From positions 232,810,001 through 232,874,000 of the forward strand of contig OZ024742.1 in assembly GCA_964016885.1 (NCBI GenBank): DNA of 64,000 nt, written 5' to 3'. Within the stretch, counting starts at the first letter, position 1, and each line of letters begins with the position of its first letter. The position numbers and the translations under genes are program-made. This DNA comes from Eledone cirrhosa. Taxonomy: Eukaryota. The notes below the pieces were generated by a model that did no database searches, was not told the origin of the DNA, and saw nothing but the letters and a program-made list of their open reading frames with translations. Positions 61,301-64,000 of the stretch are shown here, in pieces.

Positions 61301-64000
61301 ACATAACAGTCATTACACCAGTGACAGTACACCAATACATAACAGTCATTACATTAGTCAGTGACAGTACACCAATACATAACAGTCATTATATCAGTAA
61401 GTGAGAGTACACCAATACATAACAGTCATTACATCAGTCAGTGAGAGTACACCAATACATAACAGTCATTACATCAGTTAGTGAGAGTACACCAATACAT
61501 AACAGTCATTACACCAGTCAGTGAGAGTACACCAATACATAACAGTCATTACACCAGTGACAGTACACCAATACATAACAGTCATTACATTAGTCAGTGA
61601 CAGTACACCAATACATAACAGTCATTACACCAGTGACAGTACACCAATACATAACAGTCATTACACCAGTCAGTGAGAGTACACCAATACATAACAGTCA
61701 TTACACCAGTGACAGTACACCAATACATAACAGTCATTACATCAGTCAGTGACAGTACACCAATACATAACAGTCATTACACCAGTCAGTGACAGTACAC
61801 CAATACATAACAGTCATTACATCAGTCAGTGACAGTACACCAATACATAACAGTCATTACACCAGTGACAGTACACCAATACATAACAGTCATTACACCA
61901 GTCAGTGACAGTACACCAATACATAACAGTCATTACACCAGTGACAGTACACCAATACATAACAATCATTACACCAGTCAGTGACAGTACACCAATACAT
62001 AACGGTCATTACACCAGTTCGTGACAGTACACTAATACATAACAGTCATTACACCAGCCAGTGACAGTACTCCAATATATAACAGTCATTACATCAGTCA
62101 GTGACAGTACACCAATATATAACAGTCATTACACCAGTCAGTGACAGTACACCATTACATAACAGTCATTACATCAGTCAGTGACAGTACACCAATATAT
62201 AACAGTCATTACACCAGTCAGTGAGAGTACACCAATACATAACAGTCATTACACTAGTGACAGTACACCAACACATAACAGTCATGACACCAGTCAGTGA
62301 CAGTACACCAGTATATAACAATCATTACACCAGTGACAGTACACCAATACATAACAGTCATTACACCAGTGACAGTACACCAATACATAACAGTCATTAC
62401 ATTAGTCCGTGACAGTACACCAATACATAACAGTCATTACACCAGTGACAGTACACCAATAAATAACAGTCATTACATCAGTCAGTGAGAGTACACCAAT
62501 ACATAACAGTCATTACACCAGTCAGTGACAGTACACAAAATCATAAGTCATTACATCAGTCAGTGACAGTACACCAATACATAACAGTCATTACATCAGT
62601 CAGTGACAGTACACCAATACATAACAGTCATTGCATCGGTCAGTGAGAGTACACCAATACATAACAGTCATTACATCAGTCAGTGAGAGTACACCAATAC
62701 ATAACAGTCATTACACCAGTCAGTGACAGTACACCAATACATAACAGTCATTACATCAGTCAGTGAGAGTACACCAATACATAACAGTCCTTACACCAGT
62801 GACAGTACACCAATACATAACAGTCATTACACCAGTGACAGTACACCAATACATAACAGTCATTACATCAGTCAGTGACAGTACACCAATACATAACAGT
62901 CATTACACCAGTGACAGTACACCAATACATAACAGTCATTACACCAGTGACAGTACACCAATACATAACAGTCATTACACCAGTCAGTGACAGTACACCA
63001 ATACATAACAGTCATTACATCAGTCAGTGAGAGTACACCAATACATAACAGTCCTTACACCAGTGACAGTACACCAATACATAACAGTCATTACACCAGT
63101 TAGTGACAGTACACCAATACATAACAGTCATTACACCAGTCAGTGACAGTACACCAATACATAACAGTCATTACATCAGTCAGTGAGAGTACAGCAATAC
63201 ATAACAGTCCTTACACCAGTGACAGTACACCAATACATAACAGCTATTACATCAGTCAGTGACAGTACACCAATACATAACAGTCATTACATCAGTCAGT
63301 GACAGTACACCAATACATAACAGTCATTACACCAGTGACAGTACACCAATACATAACAGTCATTATAACAGTCAGTGACAGTTCACCAATACATAATAGT
63401 CATTACACCAGTCAGTGAGAGTACACCAATACATAACAGTCATTACACCAGTGACAGGACACCAATACATAACAGTCATTACACCAGTCAGTGAGAGTAC
63501 ACCAATACATAACAGTCATTACACCAGTGACAGTACACCAATACATAACAGTCATTACACCAGTCAGTGACAGTACACCAATACATAACAGTCATTACAC
63601 CAGTTCGTGACAGTACACTAATACATAACAGTCATTACACCAGCCAGTGACAGTACTCCAATATATAACAGTCATTACATCAGTCAGTGACATTACAGCA
63701 ATATATAACAGTCATTACACCAGTCAGTGACAGTACACCAATACATAACAGTTATTACATCAGTCAGTGACAGTACACCAATATATAACAGTCATTACAC
63801 CAGTCAGTGACAGTACACCAATATATAACAGTCATTACATCAGTCAGTGACAGTACACCAATATATAACAGTCATTACACCAGTTCGTGACAGTACACTA
63901 ATACATAACAGTCATTACACCAGCCAGTGACAGTACTCCAATATATATCAGTCAGTGACAGTACACCAATATATAACAGTCTTTACATCAGTCAGTGACA
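43321..64000. repeat. Tandem block duplication, period 10666 bp; second copy starts ~53987 and is cut by the window end
   Basis: ORF pairs 43708/54374, 45260/55926, 47595/58261, 51555/62221 and 52097/62763 are all offset by 10666. One SNP was noticed (G47781 vs A58447). Confidence 0.95.
48120..49715. repeat. Nested tandem duplication, period 820 bp, in a GAG-variant-rich patch (also at +10666)
   Basis: CATTGCATTAGTCAGTGGGAG, with GGGAG at 48481/49301. CAGACATTACACCAGTGAGAGGAC and ACCACTCAGT repeat at the same offset. Confidence 0.9.

Larger units (their letters stand above)
1..64000. repeat. Tandem satellite array of 40/36-bp monomers, consensus CAGT(CAGT)GA[C/G]AGTACACCAATACATAACAGTCATTACA[C/T], single orientation, extends beyond both window edges
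   Basis: The core AGTACACCAATACATAACAGTCATTACA recurs every 36 or 40 bp from base 1 to 64000 with only point variants and rare short deletions. The 40-mer (C-ending form) is A16 C11 T8 G5, 40% GC. Confidence 0.99.

Noticed and set aside
81-62990. All ORFs in the track (VTVHQYITVITP, SDSTPIHNSHYT, VMTVMYWCTVTG and WCNDCYVLVYCH repeats)
   Set aside because: The 36-bp unit is a multiple of 3 with two stop-free frames per strand, so runs of 36-mers give overlapping ORFs in several frames. The 40-bp units shift the frame into stops. The longest ORF is 123 aa, plus-strand starts are GTG, and there is no unique domain.
1-64000. CRISPR array (a 36-40-bp repeat is a CRISPR-like length)
   Set aside because: The units abut directly with no unique spacers, and no leader or cas genes are present.
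1-64000. Telomerase-type telomeric repeat
   Set aside because: The unit is longer than the telomerase repeats I know and lacks G-runs beyond GG. The same variant strings are copied in multi-kb blocks, which implies DNA-level duplication rather than template addition.
1-64000. A functional information code, or a diversity-generating cassette system, in the order of variants
   Set aside because: Nested duplication and local homogenisation explain the order. There is no recombinase, reverse transcriptase, expression site or target gene in the window.
1-64000. Pure sequencing or assembly artefact (concatemer)
   Set aside because: Rare variants are faithfully shared between distant blocks with graded divergence, which fits real evolutionary history. 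Individual near-perfect duplications still need read-level confirmation.

Overview
The whole 64 kb window is one uninterrupted head-to-tail tandem satellite array that runs off both edges, with no unique sequence, inversion or recognisable gene. The monomer is CAGT(CAGT)GA(C/G)AGTACACCAATACATAACAGTCATTACA(C/T): 40 bp with two CAGT tetramers or 36 bp with one, giving roughly 1,600-1,780 units. All ORFs in the track are translations of this repeat. Rare monomer variants act as a barcode and reveal a hierarchy. Short local higher-order repeats have periods of 76, 80, 116 and 160 bp. Near-identical block duplications overlap one another, with periods of 820, 1348, 1596, 1838, 2423, 3256, 3852, 9146/9070 and 10666 bp. 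Truncated monomers bounded by microhomology recur, and the set of variants shifts at about 24 kb. I found no protein-coding, CRISPR, RNA-gene or mobile-element system. The organism and satellite family cannot be identified from the sequence alone, although an array like this is most typical of eukaryotic heterochromatin (inference). Breakpoints and mismatch counts were read by eye and are approximate.
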